From NCBI GenBank assembly GCA_964635905.1, contig CAZWPK010000004.1, positions 25,012 to 89,011 on the forward strand: DNA of 64,000 nt. Direction: 5' to 3'. Shown here in pieces: positions 1 to 9,886 of this stretch (its first letter is position 1; each line of letters starts with the position of its first letter). The position numbers were made by a program, and so were the translations under genes. The stretch comes from an uncultured Pseudomonadales bacterium. Its GTDB lineage: Bacteria; Patescibacteriota; Microgenomatia; UBA1400; UBA12028. Under the pieces are notes generated by a model that was given only the letters and a program-made list of their open reading frames with translations, was not told the DNA's origin and did no database searches.

Positions 1-65
1 TCTCTACGGCTGTAGCTTTCATTCTCTTCTAGAATACCTTTAAGAAAACGAGGTACAATCCAACC

Positions 66-1295
66 ATGGGGTATTCGCGTGACTTCATCAAAGGTATTGG
101 CTGGATCGGAGGAGTTCGATTTCTCTCGAAGGCAATCTTATTTGCCAAGGTCTTTATTTCCTATCGCTATCTTTCTCCACGTGAAGTAGGACTGTTTGGC
201 TTAGCTGTCCTTGCCCTTGGACTCTTGGAGATGGTCACCGAAACGGGTATCAACATCATCATCGTTCGTGACTCTCGGCCGCTGTCCTATTACATCAATA
301 CCGCCTATTTAGTTGCTGTTGTTCGTGGTGTCCTCATCTCTGCAGTTATTCTCCTTCTCTCTTTCATTCTGCCAACGTTTTTCAGAGATCAAGGCCTATT
401 TGGGTTACTTCTTCTTGTGAGTGTAATTCCCGTTATTCGTGGATTTATTAATCCTTCCATCATTCGGTTTCAAAAGGATCTGCAATATCATAAAGAAGCC
501 CTCCTACGTCTATCGTTACTCTTGGTAGATTCTATTGCCGCAATCGTGCTCGTTTCCAGATTTCATACCGCCCAAAGTTTGATTTGGGGAATGATTTTAG
601 CGGCACTGTGTGAAGTGTTATTCTCATTTGCATTTATTCGACCTTGGCCAAAATTTGAATTTAAAAAGAAAGTCTTTCATGAAATTGTAAATCCAGGGAA
701 GTGGATGAATTTCGCTGGAATTCTGGCGTATGCCGAACAAAACTTTGACAACGTCATTGTCGGTCGTGTGTTGGGTCCCACAAGTCTAGGTTATTATCAG
801 ACTGCCTTCAATCTCACCCGAGCTACCGTTGCAGAAATTGGGACCGCCTTTGCGCAGGTATTACTTCCCATCTATAGTCGAATCTCCGGTGACTCCAAAC
901 GCTTGCAGAAAGCAGTCTTGAGTACCGTTATCCCGGCAGCCCTATTGATGCTCATTCCGGTGATTCTATTAAATGTTCCACAAGTGCAAAATTTCATCAT
1001 TTTTTATCTGAAGGAGAAGTGGCGTCCCATGCTTCCGTTAGTCTTTTACCTCTCGATATCCGCTTGGTTTACCGGAATGAATGGCCTCATCAATCCGCTC
1101 TTTTTGGTACGTGATCAATTAAAGAGTTTGGTTTCCATGTATGCAATTGGGTTAGTCCTGATGCTCATTTCAGTCTGGGCTTTAAGTCATCGACTAGGTT
1201 TAGTCGGGGCAGCACAGGGTGTATTACTAGCAAAAATCTTACTCCAGCCCGTGGTGTTGTATTTAGCCATTACACGGAATGCAAAGAAATCATGA
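66..1295 (+). CDS. Wzx-type oligosaccharide flippase (MOP/PST family)
   Basis: 409 aa, many hydrophobic helices; motifs 'LSPREVGLFG' and 'DNVIVGRVLGPTSLGYYQTAF' typical of WzxC-like exporters. Confidence 0.85.
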   Translation: MGYSRDFIKGIGWIGGVRFLSKAILFAKVFISYRYLSPREVGLFGLAVLALGLLEMVTETGINIIIVRDSRPLSYYINTAYLVAVVRGVLISAVILLLSFILPTFFRDQGLFGLLLLVSVIPVIRGFINPSIIRFQKDLQYHKEALLRLSLLLVDSIAAIVLVSRFHTAQSLIWGMILAALCEVLFSFAFIRPWPKFEFKKKVFHEIVNPGKWMNFAGILAYAEQNFDNVIVGRVLGPTSLGYYQTAFNLTRATVAEIGTAFAQVLLPIYSRISGDSKRLQKAVLSTVIPAALLMLIPVILLNVPQVQNFIIFYLKEKWRPMLPLVFYLSISAWFTGMNGLINPLFLVRDQLKSLVSMYAIGLVLMLISVWALSHRLGLVGAAQGVLLAKILLQPVVLYLAITRNAKKS

Positions 1296-2065
1296 GTACA
1301 CCATTTTCCCTGACTGCCGTTGTCCTATCGAAGAATAGTGAAAAAACCCTATCTGCCTGTTTGGATAGTCTGTCGTTTGCAGACACGATCATTGTGGCCG
1401 ATGATGGATCGAGTGATACCACACTAGATATTGCCAAACGTCACAAGGCAAAAATACTTCCGCTGACTGCAACGTCAAGTTTTTCTACGAAACGGAACCA
1501 GGCATTGGCAGCAGTTACGACGCAATGGACACTCTTTGTCGATTCTGATGAAGTGGTGAGCAGTGCGCTACAAGAATCTATTGAAGCGTTTATCGCAGTC
1601 GCTCCGCCAACGACGGCAGGAGCTTTGCTGCAACGCGACGATATCTTTTTGGGTAGGCATCTGAAGTATGGCGAAACAGGGTCAACTTGGTTGTTGCGAC
1701 TAGCACGAACACATTCGGGGACTTGGAAGCGCAACGTGCATGAGGTATGGAAAGTGGAAGGGAGGGTCGAAAGTCTTTCCGGCATCTTACTGCATCGTTC
1801 GCACACTTCCATTACCTCGTTTTTTGACAAAATCATTGGGTACACCAGAATCGAAGCAGAAAGCCGAACAACGAAGAAGTCTCCATTTCTTTGGCTCAAA
1901 ACGATGATCGAACTAGTGCTCTTTCCACCGCTAAAGTTTGGGTATACCTATGTTGTGAAGGCTGGGTTTCGAGATGGCTTTCCCGGATTTGTCATGAGCT
2001 ATATGATGAGTATGCATTCCTTATGGGTTCGTATTCAGATTCTGGAGATTCTACGAAAGCGGTAA
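1292..2065 (+). CDS. Family 2 glycosyltransferase
   Basis: 'IIVADDGSSDTT', 'KRNQAL', DxD motif 'FVDSDE', 'VHE'; ATGA overlap with the flippase. Confidence 0.92.
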   Translation: MSTPFSLTAVVLSKNSEKTLSACLDSLSFADTIIVADDGSSDTTLDIAKRHKAKILPLTATSSFSTKRNQALAAVTTQWTLFVDSDEVVSSALQESIEAFIAVAPPTTAGALLQRDDIFLGRHLKYGETGSTWLLRLARTHSGTWKRNVHEVWKVEGRVESLSGILLHRSHTSITSFFDKIIGYTRIEAESRTTKKSPFLWLKTMIELVLFPPLKFGYTYVVKAGFRDGFPGFVMSYMMSMHSLWVRIQILEILRKR

Positions 2066-3267
2066 GTAAACCCATCCACCATTCGTCTCTTTCCTCCTTT
2101 TTTCGCATTGGGGTTTTGTTAAGTATCGGGTTATGGGTATTTGGACAGTTTGAGCGTATCGAGCTTGATCAGGGCAGAGCCTTGTATGGGCATGACTTTG
2201 TACTTTTCGTACTCGTTACGATCACCGCTTGGAAATGGCGCGACGCACTACTAAAAAGTTTTTCAACTACAATTGGTGTGCTGTGGATTTCAAGCGTGAG
2301 TTGGATTGTGCTCAACATCAGTATTCACTTCGGATCTGATCCAACTGGAGCGCTCACGGGAACGTTGTACCTCGGTCGACTTTGTGTTCTGACGGGGTTT
2401 GCGTGGGCGCTAAGCATGTTGATAAAAACCCATCGACTGTCGTTACACTATTTTTCGCGGACGATTTTTGCAGCATTTTTTGCTGTCTCGGTGTTGGGAT
2501 TTGTACAATACTTTCTATTTCCAGACACCCGTTCACTGGTGTTGATGGGGTGGGACGATCATTATTTTCGGTTAATTTCTACCTTATTTGATCCTGGTTT
2601 TACCGGCATCATTTTGGCAATTGCTGCACTGTTGCATTTGCGAACTGCACTCTATAAGAAAATATCGAACGTTGAGATCTGCTTTATCGTGCTGCATGTG
2701 ATGGGATTATTGCTCACGTATTCCCGAGCCTCGTATCTGGCGTTTGCCACGGGAATTTTCTTGTTATTTTTTATTTTCCGACAGTGGAAAATTCTCTTCG
2801 TGCTACCCGTCTTTGTAAGTTTGTTACTCTTCTTGCCACGACCGGGAGGAGAAGGTGTGAAATTGGAACGAACGGCTAGTGTGGTCGCTAGAATTGAGAG
2901 TAACGCAGTGGCGCTGCAATCGAAGTCAGGTTTCAGCTGGCTAATTGGCAATGGTTGGTACGCAAAGAAAGTGGAACAACCAACGCAAGTCAAAGACGGT
3001 ATACAGGTCCCGAACCACTCCTCAGCCCCAGAGAATTCAGTTCTGTTTGTCTACTCGTCGTTAGGACTGATTGGAGTTGTTCTTATCGGACTACTGATTG
3101 GGGCAATGATCTTGCGTGTGGGATTAACGAGTGAGTTTGCAATAGTCATTTCAATGGTGCTTGTTCATTCACTCTTTTCCAATACGCTCTTTCACCCCTT
3201 CATTCTCATTCTGCTTGCCTGGATTATGGCACGAAGCGTACATGCCGCTCCTCAACAGTCTCAATGA
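2023..3267 (+). CDS. O-antigen ligase/polymerase (WaaL/Wzy-like) membrane protein; start uncertain
   Basis: Polytopic; 'RLISTLFDP', 'LLLTYSRAS', 'LIGNGW', 'ENSVLFVYSSLGLIG', 'LVHSLFSN'. The ORF-track start at 1891 overlaps the GT gene too far. Confidence 0.75.
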   Translation: MGSYSDSGDSTKAVSKPIHHSSLSSFFRIGVLLSIGLWVFGQFERIELDQGRALYGHDFVLFVLVTITAWKWRDALLKSFSTTIGVLWISSVSWIVLNISIHFGSDPTGALTGTLYLGRLCVLTGFAWALSMLIKTHRLSLHYFSRTIFAAFFAVSVLGFVQYFLFPDTRSLVLMGWDDHYFRLISTLFDPGFTGIILAIAALLHLRTALYKKISNVEICFIVLHVMGLLLTYSRASYLAFATGIFLLFFIFRQWKILFVLPVFVSLLLFLPRPGGEGVKLERTASVVARIESNAVALQSKSGFSWLIGNGWYAKKVEQPTQVKDGIQVPNHSSAPENSVLFVYSSLGLIGVVLIGLLIGAMILRVGLTSEFAIVISMVLVHSLFSNTLFHPFILILLAWIMARSVHAAPQQSQ

Positions 3268-3931
3268 GTGCAGCGTTGATGGCTTTGATGACAATGGTGT
3301 TATCGCCTTCTGATAACTGAACGGCTCCAGAGAATGCGCCATTATTGGCGACAAATAGGATGCGATCATTAATATAGACTTTGTTTCCCGCATCCGTTTT
3401 CCCTTTGACGGTGATGGGATTATCCCGTCGCTTGGTCACATCTTGATTCTCGGTAGGTGATTCAATCTCCAGCTTTGGTGCATCTTTGACAAAGGAAATG
3501 TGGAGTTCTCCGGAAGGGTTGCTTCGAACACTTTGCTCATTTTCAACCACGGCGGTAAAGGTATTGTCACCTGACTCTAACGTGACCGCATCAAAAGTAA
3601 ACGAGCCTGCGTCATCCGAACGAGTCTCTGGTCCTGGTACTCCATTTTGAAGCAAGATGACTTTGGAATTGGGTTGTGCACTTCCTGCTAGAGCTAAGGA
3701 TGCGCTCGAGGTCGCATCAAAGGGCTGCTCTAGAGTCGGACGAGAAGGCAGAATTGTATTCTCACTGGTCGCTGCTTTGTAGCCTAGGTTGCGAAGCGCC
3801 ATCACGCGAATAAATCCAGGCAGAATTAGGAAGAGAAAGGCAACAATCAAGCCTATGCCGCTTCCAAAAAAGATCAGCGTTTGACGAAGCAGTATTTTTT
3901 GTTCATGTGATTGCAGTCTGGAGTGGGGCAT
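3224..3931 (-). CDS. Membrane-anchored protein with two Ig-like domains
   Basis: N-terminal TM helix, then two beta-rich repeats ('TLESGDNTFTAVVEN', 'QLSEGDNTIVIKAIN'). Confidence 0.7.
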   Translation of the reverse strand: MPHSRLQSHEQKILLRQTLIFFGSGIGLIVAFLFLILPGFIRVMALRNLGYKAATSENTILPSRPTLEQPFDATSSASLALAGSAQPNSKVILLQNGVPGPETRSDDAGSFTFDAVTLESGDNTFTAVVENEQSVRSNPSGELHISFVKDAPKLEIESPTENQDVTKRRDNPITVKGKTDAGNKVYINDRILFVANNGAFSGAVQLSEGDNTIVIKAINAALIETVEERHVRFVP

Positions 3932-3985
3932 GGCTAGTAGTATCGACTAATCTTTCTACTCGATCAAGTAGTAGACAACATCTCT

Positions 3986-4061
3986 TGGAGCCAACGGTCG
4001 GGATCGAACCGACGACCTGCGGTTTACGATACCGCTGCTCTACCAGCTGAGCTACGTTGGC
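3986..4061 (-). tRNA. tRNA-Thr(CGU)
   Basis: Cloverleaf GCCAACG/CGTTGGC, anticodon arm GCGGT-ATCGTAA-ACCGC, T-loop TTCGATC, encoded CCA. Confidence 0.95.
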
Positions 4062-4074
4062 AAGGCTCTTCAAG

Positions 4075-5073
4075 CTAGTATTGTACTAGAGAACTGCTAT
4101 TTTTTTTAGACAGCACTTTTCTAGCCGCCAGCGCAATGTGGCGCGCCGTGATTCCGTAGTGTTCATAGAGTTGCTTTGGGGTTCCCGATTGGCCGAATTG
4201 ATCCTGCACACCGACAAACTCCATGGGAAGTGGTAAATGGCTGGCTAGCGTCTGTGCTACCGTACTTCCTAGTCCTCCAATTACCTGATGATCTTCAATT
4301 GTCACCACACAACCGGTTTTTTGACAGTGGGACAATAAGCCCTGGACATCAAACGGTTTGAGCGTATGCACATTGAGGACCTGCGCCTGAATTCCTTGAT
4401 TTAGCAGGTGCTGTCGGGCAAGCAACACGTCATAGAGAAGGGGACCCGTAGACACCAAAGTTACGTGTTCACCTGTTGCAACTTCTTGGACTTTTCCGAG
4501 CTTAAACGGGGTCGTAGGTGTAGAGAGAATGGGAGTTGGTTCTCGGGCGATGCGAAGGTAGACGGGACCGACATGGGAGGCGGCAGCGTTTACTGCTTCT
4601 TCCGTCTGTAGACTATCCGCAGGGGAGAGAACGGTCATATTGGGGAGGACTTGGGTGATCGCCAAATCTTCCAACGCTTGGTGTGTGGCACCGTCAGGAC
4701 CGACAGAAAGACCCGCATGTCCCCCAACAATTTTCACATTCGCATTGGAGTACGCCACGCTCACGCGTAACTGGTCCCAGTTGCGACCTGGACTAAAGAC
4801 TGCATAGGAGCAGACAAAGGGGACTTTGCCACACAATGCCAGTCCTGCCGCAATTCCTAGCATGTTTTGTTCTGCAACCCCACATTCAATAAATCGACTC
4901 GGAAACTCGGTTGCAAACTCTTGAACACGGAGTGACTCCGAAAGATCCGCGGTGAGCACCACAATGTTTTGCTGTTGCTTGCCTAGCCGCAGAAGGGCTC
5001 GACCAAATCCATCGCGGGTTGCTTCTTTTTTAATGTCTAATGGGTTCTCGATGGTGTTCCAATGCGATGTCAT
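4075..5073 (-). CDS. Transketolase C-terminal subunit
   Basis: 'ECGVAEQNM', 'GPDGATHQALED', 'VYLR', 'TIEDH'; ATG 5073 overlaps the upstream stop (ATGA). Confidence 0.93.
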   Translation of the reverse strand: MTSHWNTIENPLDIKKEATRDGFGRALLRLGKQQQNIVVLTADLSESLRVQEFATEFPSRFIECGVAEQNMLGIAAGLALCGKVPFVCSYAVFSPGRNWDQLRVSVAYSNANVKIVGGHAGLSVGPDGATHQALEDLAITQVLPNMTVLSPADSLQTEEAVNAAASHVGPVYLRIAREPTPILSTPTTPFKLGKVQEVATGEHVTLVSTGPLLYDVLLARQHLLNQGIQAQVLNVHTLKPFDVQGLLSHCQKTGCVVTIEDHQVIGGLGSTVAQTLASHLPLPMEFVGVQDQFGQSGTPKQLYEHYGITARHIALAARKVLSKKNSSSLVQY

Positions 5074-5924
5074 GCCATTCCTTGAGTTGAAAGTTCTTGT
5101 AACGCTTGCGCTGCTTGTGCGGGATTGGGAGGTTTCCCATGCCAAGTGTAGTCCTGTTCCATAAAGGACACCCCTTTTCCTGGAATGGTGTGGGCGATGA
5201 TGCAGGTTGGTTTTTCATGAATCGCTTTTGCGGCGATACAAGCAGACTCAATCTCCGCAATCGAATGTCCATCCACTTCAATGACATGCCAATTAAAGCT
5301 TTCATACTTTTCACAGAGAGGTTCTAACGGCATGATGGTTTGTGTTGTTCCGCTGATTTGGATGTCATTGCGATCAATAATTACGGTCAAGTTGAAGAGG
5401 TGGTACTTTGAAGCGAAGAGCATTGCTTCAAAAACTTGTCCCTCGTTATGTTCCCCATCACTCAAGATACAGTACACATGGGCTGGGTTGTTCTCTAATC
5501 GCAAGGCTAACGCCATTCCGATTGCCTGAGAAAACCCTTGCCCTAGGGGACCACTGCTTGTTTCAACCCCTGGACAATCTAGTCTACTTGGATGACCCTG
5601 AAGGCGCGAACCAAACTGGCGCTGCGTTTCTAACTCTTTAACAGAAAAGTACCCAGATTCCGCGAGGCTCGCGTAGAGCACAGGACAGATATGCCCACAC
5701 GACAAAATCAGTCGATCTCGTTCATTCCAGGCTGGATTACTGGGGTCATGATTAAGCAGTGAAAAGTAGAGAACGGAAAAGACATCCGCCATCCCAAGGG
5801 CCCCCGCACTGTGACCAGATCCAGCTTTGGCAAGCATGCTGATAATATCTTTGCGGATCGTTGTCGCTTTTGCTTTAAGCTCTTGGTGTGTACAGTTGAA
5901 TGGATTCACTTCTCTATCATACAA
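5070..5924 (-). CDS. Transketolase N-terminal (TPP-binding) subunit
   Basis: 'GSGHSAG', 'RDRLILSCGH', 'LQGHP', 'SGPLGQG', 'SDGEHNEG', 'TIPGKG..WHGK'. Confidence 0.93.
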   Translation of the reverse strand: MYDREVNPFNCTHQELKAKATTIRKDIISMLAKAGSGHSAGALGMADVFSVLYFSLLNHDPSNPAWNERDRLILSCGHICPVLYASLAESGYFSVKELETQRQFGSRLQGHPSRLDCPGVETSSGPLGQGFSQAIGMALALRLENNPAHVYCILSDGEHNEGQVFEAMLFASKYHLFNLTVIIDRNDIQISGTTQTIMPLEPLCEKYESFNWHVIEVDGHSIAEIESACIAAKAIHEKPTCIIAHTIPGKGVSFMEQDYTWHGKPPNPAQAAQALQELSTQGMA

Positions 5925-5994
5925 ACTGAGAAATGGACAGTACAGGGGTAGCGCAAGGGATACGTCCTACTGCGATGCATTGCAGCAAGGAAGA

Positions 5995-7077
5995 TTACGT
6001 GTCCGTTGCGTAGAGAGGTCCGATTTCCTCAAGAAGACTGGGGATGAGTGCTTGTGCTAGCGTATTTCCAATGAGCACATGAGCTCGCTCTTTTGGGACA
6101 TTCCACACTACGAATAGATGTAACCAATACAACATTATGTTTGAAATCTGAATCCTTTTCTCTGCGTCTTTTGAGACCTCAGCAGGTAGAGTTTTGATCA
6201 TTTTTTCACGTTGATAACGAATGCGTGCAATTTGTATGGATGGCAACTGATTCGAATGATAAATAAAGTATCTGGTTTCTTGTTCAAGCAGCTCTGTAAG
6301 CGAAGCAATGGCTTGCGCATTACCCATTTTTGAGACGATTGCTTTCAACTGTTCTTGCTTTTCACTCAAATTATCAGCGCGAATTGAATAGTTCAAATCA
6401 AGACCAATTTCCTTCATCATAAGATGAAAAAGGTCAATACTACGAACCGATCCCATGGTTGAGATTGTTGCACGTTGTCTTTTAGTAATTTCTTGAATCA
6501 CGGGATTGGGAACAAAGGCAACATGGTGGCTGTTGACTCCTGGAAGTCTCATGACTCTGGGGACTATCGTCTCGCCACGATCTTCATTCTTACGTTGTAA
6601 ATTGACAAACTCGACAAGAATGAGGTGTGAGGTGTTTGGAGGGTATTGTCTACTAAGAAATTGCTGTACTTGTGCAACCATCAGGTCTGACGTTGCCCAG
6701 TCTTCCTTGGTTTTGAATTCTGAATCTTTCTTTTTGAGTATTAATTCTTGTAGTGCATGTGTGCGATCGTAATAGACATAATCGATGTGAAGATTAATTC
6801 CATACATGCTCAAGATTTGTCGGGCAGCCACAGCAAGTGCAGTGGTCCAGGTTGTTTTCCCAGAACCTGGTGGTCCAAAAACTGTCACAACAGTTTTTTC
6901 GTTGTGAGCGATATCACGAATTAACTCAATTCCGATTGAATGCCCATTCGAATCTTGAAAGGCTTCCAAATTGGTCGTACTTGCAGCATGACGAACCGAG
7001 GAGTTACTGCTCGTTCGTTCCGCAAACTCTCGGAGAAGTTGCTTACTCTTTGGCAGCTCGAAATCTGGAAAACTCAT
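5995..7077 (-). CDS. Uncharacterised P-loop NTPase/kinase-like protein
   Basis: 360 aa; Walker A 'VVTVFGPPGSGKTT', possible Walker B 'LILVE'; ATG immediately follows the kinase stop. Confidence 0.6.
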   Translation of the reverse strand: MSFPDFELPKSKQLLREFAERTSSNSSVRHAASTTNLEAFQDSNGHSIGIELIRDIAHNEKTVVTVFGPPGSGKTTWTTALAVAARQILSMYGINLHIDYVYYDRTHALQELILKKKDSEFKTKEDWATSDLMVAQVQQFLSRQYPPNTSHLILVEFVNLQRKNEDRGETIVPRVMRLPGVNSHHVAFVPNPVIQEITKRQRATISTMGSVRSIDLFHLMMKEIGLDLNYSIRADNLSEKQEQLKAIVSKMGNAQAIASLTELLEQETRYFIYHSNQLPSIQIARIRYQREKMIKTLPAEVSKDAEKRIQISNIMLYWLHLFVVWNVPKERAHVLIGNTLAQALIPSLLEEIGPLYATDT

Positions 7078-8238
7078 TTAAAGTTGATGAATTGGCAGAG
7101 TTACCGTTACAGTGGTTCCTACACCGACGGTTGAATCAATGGCGATCGTTCCGTGGTGTGCCTGCACAATTTTGTTGCTAATAAATAATCCTAAACCTAA
7201 ACCTTCTTTTGTATTTTCTTTCCCTTTATAAAATTCCTCAAACAGATGGGTTAAATCAGACGATTCAATTCCCTTGCCCTGATCTATCACATGAAAAACA
7301 ATGGAGTCTTTCCCATCTTCAATTTTCAAGAGCACCGTTTTCTTATCATTTGTAAATTTTGCCGCATTATTGAGTAGATTAATAAAGACTTGAACCAACT
7401 TGTCACGATCTGCAACGAGATGCCGGTTGGGATTTAAGATCAGGTTGCTGACTTCTAGCGTCTGGGTAGGATACGACATCTGGAAATCATTGAGAACTAT
7501 CGTTACTAAATCAGTCACCAGCACATTCTTAAAGGTGTAATTCATTTTCCCAGAACGAATTTGGTTGATGTGCAGTAACTCGTTGATGAGGCGACTCATG
7601 CGCTTTGAAGACAATAACAGCGAATTGATCCAGACTGGGTTTGGGACGGTATTTTTCTCCACACATTTTTTCACGAGTTCCACGTAGGCAAGAATTGCAG
7701 TTAGCGGGGTTTTGAGCTCATGACTTGCCATTGAAACGAATAAGTCACGCGTGGAGACGGCTTCCTTTAAATCTGAAAGCAGTGAGATATTCCGTAACTT
7801 TAAACTTGCTAGTGAGCCGAATAACTGCAATGTTTGCATTCTCTTGGCAGTGATTGGTTTGGAGTACTTTGAATCAAGGGCAATCACACCGATCGCATAA
7901 TTTTCATAGGAGAGGGGAATAAACACAATCCGTTTCGTTTGCGACTTCCCGTACACAGGATGAATCTTTTTCATTTTGGAAACGGGCACGACTACGGCTT
8001 TTTTTGTCTTAAACGACTGGTACGTGTACCCTTCCATTCGAGGAACAATTTGCAATTCCTTTGGAACAGTAGAATAGACACGCACAAGTTTGTCGTGCTT
8101 CATCAGGAAGATACTTCCATACATCGCATCTGCCAGACGTTGGGCCTCTTGTACGATGGCTGAATACGTATCATCAGCCGTCAAGGTTCCCATGAGCCGC
8201 AGGGTGGATTTGTACACTGCTGTTATGGATGTATTCAT
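7078..8238 (-). CDS. Cytoplasmic GAF-domain sensor histidine kinase
   Basis: GAF ('IPLSYENYAIGVIAL'), H box 'SHELKTPLT', N box 'NLLNNAAKF', G1 'DQGKGI', F box, G2 'GLGLGL'. Confidence 0.93.
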   Translation of the reverse strand: MNTSITAVYKSTLRLMGTLTADDTYSAIVQEAQRLADAMYGSIFLMKHDKLVRVYSTVPKELQIVPRMEGYTYQSFKTKKAVVVPVSKMKKIHPVYGKSQTKRIVFIPLSYENYAIGVIALDSKYSKPITAKRMQTLQLFGSLASLKLRNISLLSDLKEAVSTRDLFVSMASHELKTPLTAILAYVELVKKCVEKNTVPNPVWINSLLLSSKRMSRLINELLHINQIRSGKMNYTFKNVLVTDLVTIVLNDFQMSYPTQTLEVSNLILNPNRHLVADRDKLVQVFINLLNNAAKFTNDKKTVLLKIEDGKDSIVFHVIDQGKGIESSDLTHLFEEFYKGKENTKEGLGLGLFISNKIVQAHHGTIAIDSTVGVGTTVTVTLPIHQL

Positions 8239-8334
8239 TAATGGAGAACTAGTATATTACAACTATTGATTGTATCATTCTTGAGAAGAACCAGATAGCG
8301 TGACTCTCAAAACTGAGACCAATGTAAGAGAATT

Positions 8335-8637
8335 TTGTCAGCTGAACGGCTCGTTTATTACCACAGAGATTCACAGGCGTTACACTATAGGTCATCACCA
8401 AGTGGTACGGAGAACCTATCTATGGGAAAACCTTTTGAAACATTGGGAAGAATTGCAGAAGAACTTGCAAAGAAACTGGGTGTTGCAACCAAGTCAGATA
8501 CCCTTGCTCCGTTATCCAGAGAAGAATTAGAACGACAAAAGGTGAAGGTGCTGTCGGAGTTTAATGCTGCAGAGAATGCCTATATGTTCATTCACTTTGC
8601 AGATATTGTGAACTTGCGTGGAGGTGCATATGACTGA
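8335..8637 (+). CDS. Hypothetical protein
   Basis: 100 aa ORF with a TTG start, divergent from the kinase; no recognisable motif. Confidence 0.5.
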   Translation: MSAERLVYYHRDSQALHYRSSPSGTENLSMGKPFETLGRIAEELAKKLGVATKSDTLAPLSREELERQKVKVLSEFNAAENAYMFIHFADIVNLRGGAYD

Positions 8638-8670
8638 AACCCTCAGCTTGCAGCGTACGTTAAAGGAGCC

Positions 8671-8859
8671 ATGGCAGAGGATGTATTTAACATGATTCCG
8701 GAAAGTGTAGTAACAATCACTATCAATGGAACTACCTATCATCGATCACGATCGGTTGCAGATCAGCCTACTGCAAAGCTATGGGATAGGGAGGATCTTA
8801 TTACGTACTTCAGGGCTCAATTCGGAAGTAACTGGAGAGAACCGGCGGGGCGAAGGTAA
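8671..8859 (+). CDS. Small hypothetical protein
   Basis: 62 aa; AAGGAG just upstream of ATG (short spacing). Confidence 0.45.
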   Translation: MAEDVFNMIPESVVTITINGTTYHRSRSVADQPTAKLWDREDLITYFRAQFGSNWREPAGRR

Positions 8860-9053
8860 CCGTAGCAATAATCATTCGGGAATCAGAGTCAGTTTGCGTC
8901 CTGAGTTGGTAAACGTACTTTGCTCTAACAGAGTAGACTAGAATTTTCCTGAAGATAATTACCCACCCAAAAAGTGGATTGTCTTCGTATGGAATGGTGT
9001 ATCAGTCAGGCTTTAAAAAAAGCAATTCTCACAATGTCTATGAGTACTCTCAA

Positions 9054-9572
9054 CTACTCTCGAACAATCATCAACATGTCCGTATTAACGTTTAAGTCCA
9101 TGCGTCGCATGAATTCTAGATAGATTGAATAGAGTGAAAATTTATTGTCACCACTAAATAGAAATTCGTAAAGCTCTAGAAGTTTCTCTTTTTCTGGTTC
9201 GCTCAAATCGCTGAAAGGTTTGTCAATACTATCGGAATTTTGCAATAGTCTGCCAAATCTTGTCGATGACTCATGGACTTCTCGAGAAATATCTGGACTA
9301 TTAAAAAATGAGGCAGGTTTAAGACCAGTGCTAGGATCTACCACACTGGTATATGTCATGGATATTGAATCAATAATACTTGAAGCCAGTCGGGCGACTC
9401 TGCTTTCGGATTCAACCTTATCTCCAACATTTGTGTCAAAAAGCCATTTTTCACCTGGAGTACGACGATTTTGATCACCACGAGGCACACCTGGAGCAAT
9501 GTCAAGGTTATTTCGCGATCTTTGATTTACTTTTTTTAAATGGGAATGATGCGCTTCGGTATATGATGCCAT
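9054..9572 (-). CDS. Hypothetical protein
   Basis: 172 aa; SD-like GAGGTG upstream; no motif recognised. Confidence 0.6.
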   Translation of the reverse strand: MASYTEAHHSHLKKVNQRSRNNLDIAPGVPRGDQNRRTPGEKWLFDTNVGDKVESESRVARLASSIIDSISMTYTSVVDPSTGLKPASFFNSPDISREVHESSTRFGRLLQNSDSIDKPFSDLSEPEKEKLLELYEFLFSGDNKFSLYSIYLEFMRRMDLNVNTDMLMIVRE

Positions 9573-9730
9573 AGATACACCTCTTACATGCTACTAGAAA
9601 TACTATACACCTCAAGTCAAGTTATATAGTTTCAAGACAATGTTTCTTGTAATTTCTGAAAATGTCAGTCTTGAACTCGAAGAGAAGTTCGTTCCTGAGG
9701 AAAAAGGAAAAATTTTTGCTCTATGTACTG

Positions 9731-9804
9731 TGGAGCGGGATAGGGGAATCGAACCCCCCTCTCATCCTTGGGAAGGATGCATACTACCGATGTACTAATC
9801 CCGC
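9731..9804 (-). tRNA. tRNA-Gly(CCC)
   Basis: GCGGGAT/ATCCCGC acceptor, anticodon arm CATCC-TTCCCAA-GGATG, TTCGATT T-loop, U73 plus CCA. Confidence 0.95.
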
Positions 9805-9823
9805 ATGTTGCATTAATTTTATC

Positions 9824-9859
9824 AAATAAAAGGGGAGTCGCTAGCTGCAACTCCCCTTT
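9824..9859 (-). terminator. Intrinsic terminator of the LysM gene
   Basis: Minus strand AAAGGGGAGTTGC-AGCTA-GCGACTCCCCTTTT followed by ATTT. Confidence 0.75.
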
Positions 9860-9886
9860 CCTCTTTTTCAAACTATATGATTCCAA

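Noticed and set aside
5995-9804. Integrated island at tRNA-Gly or tRNA-Thr
   Set aside because: No duplicated tRNA 3' end or adjacent integrase seen.
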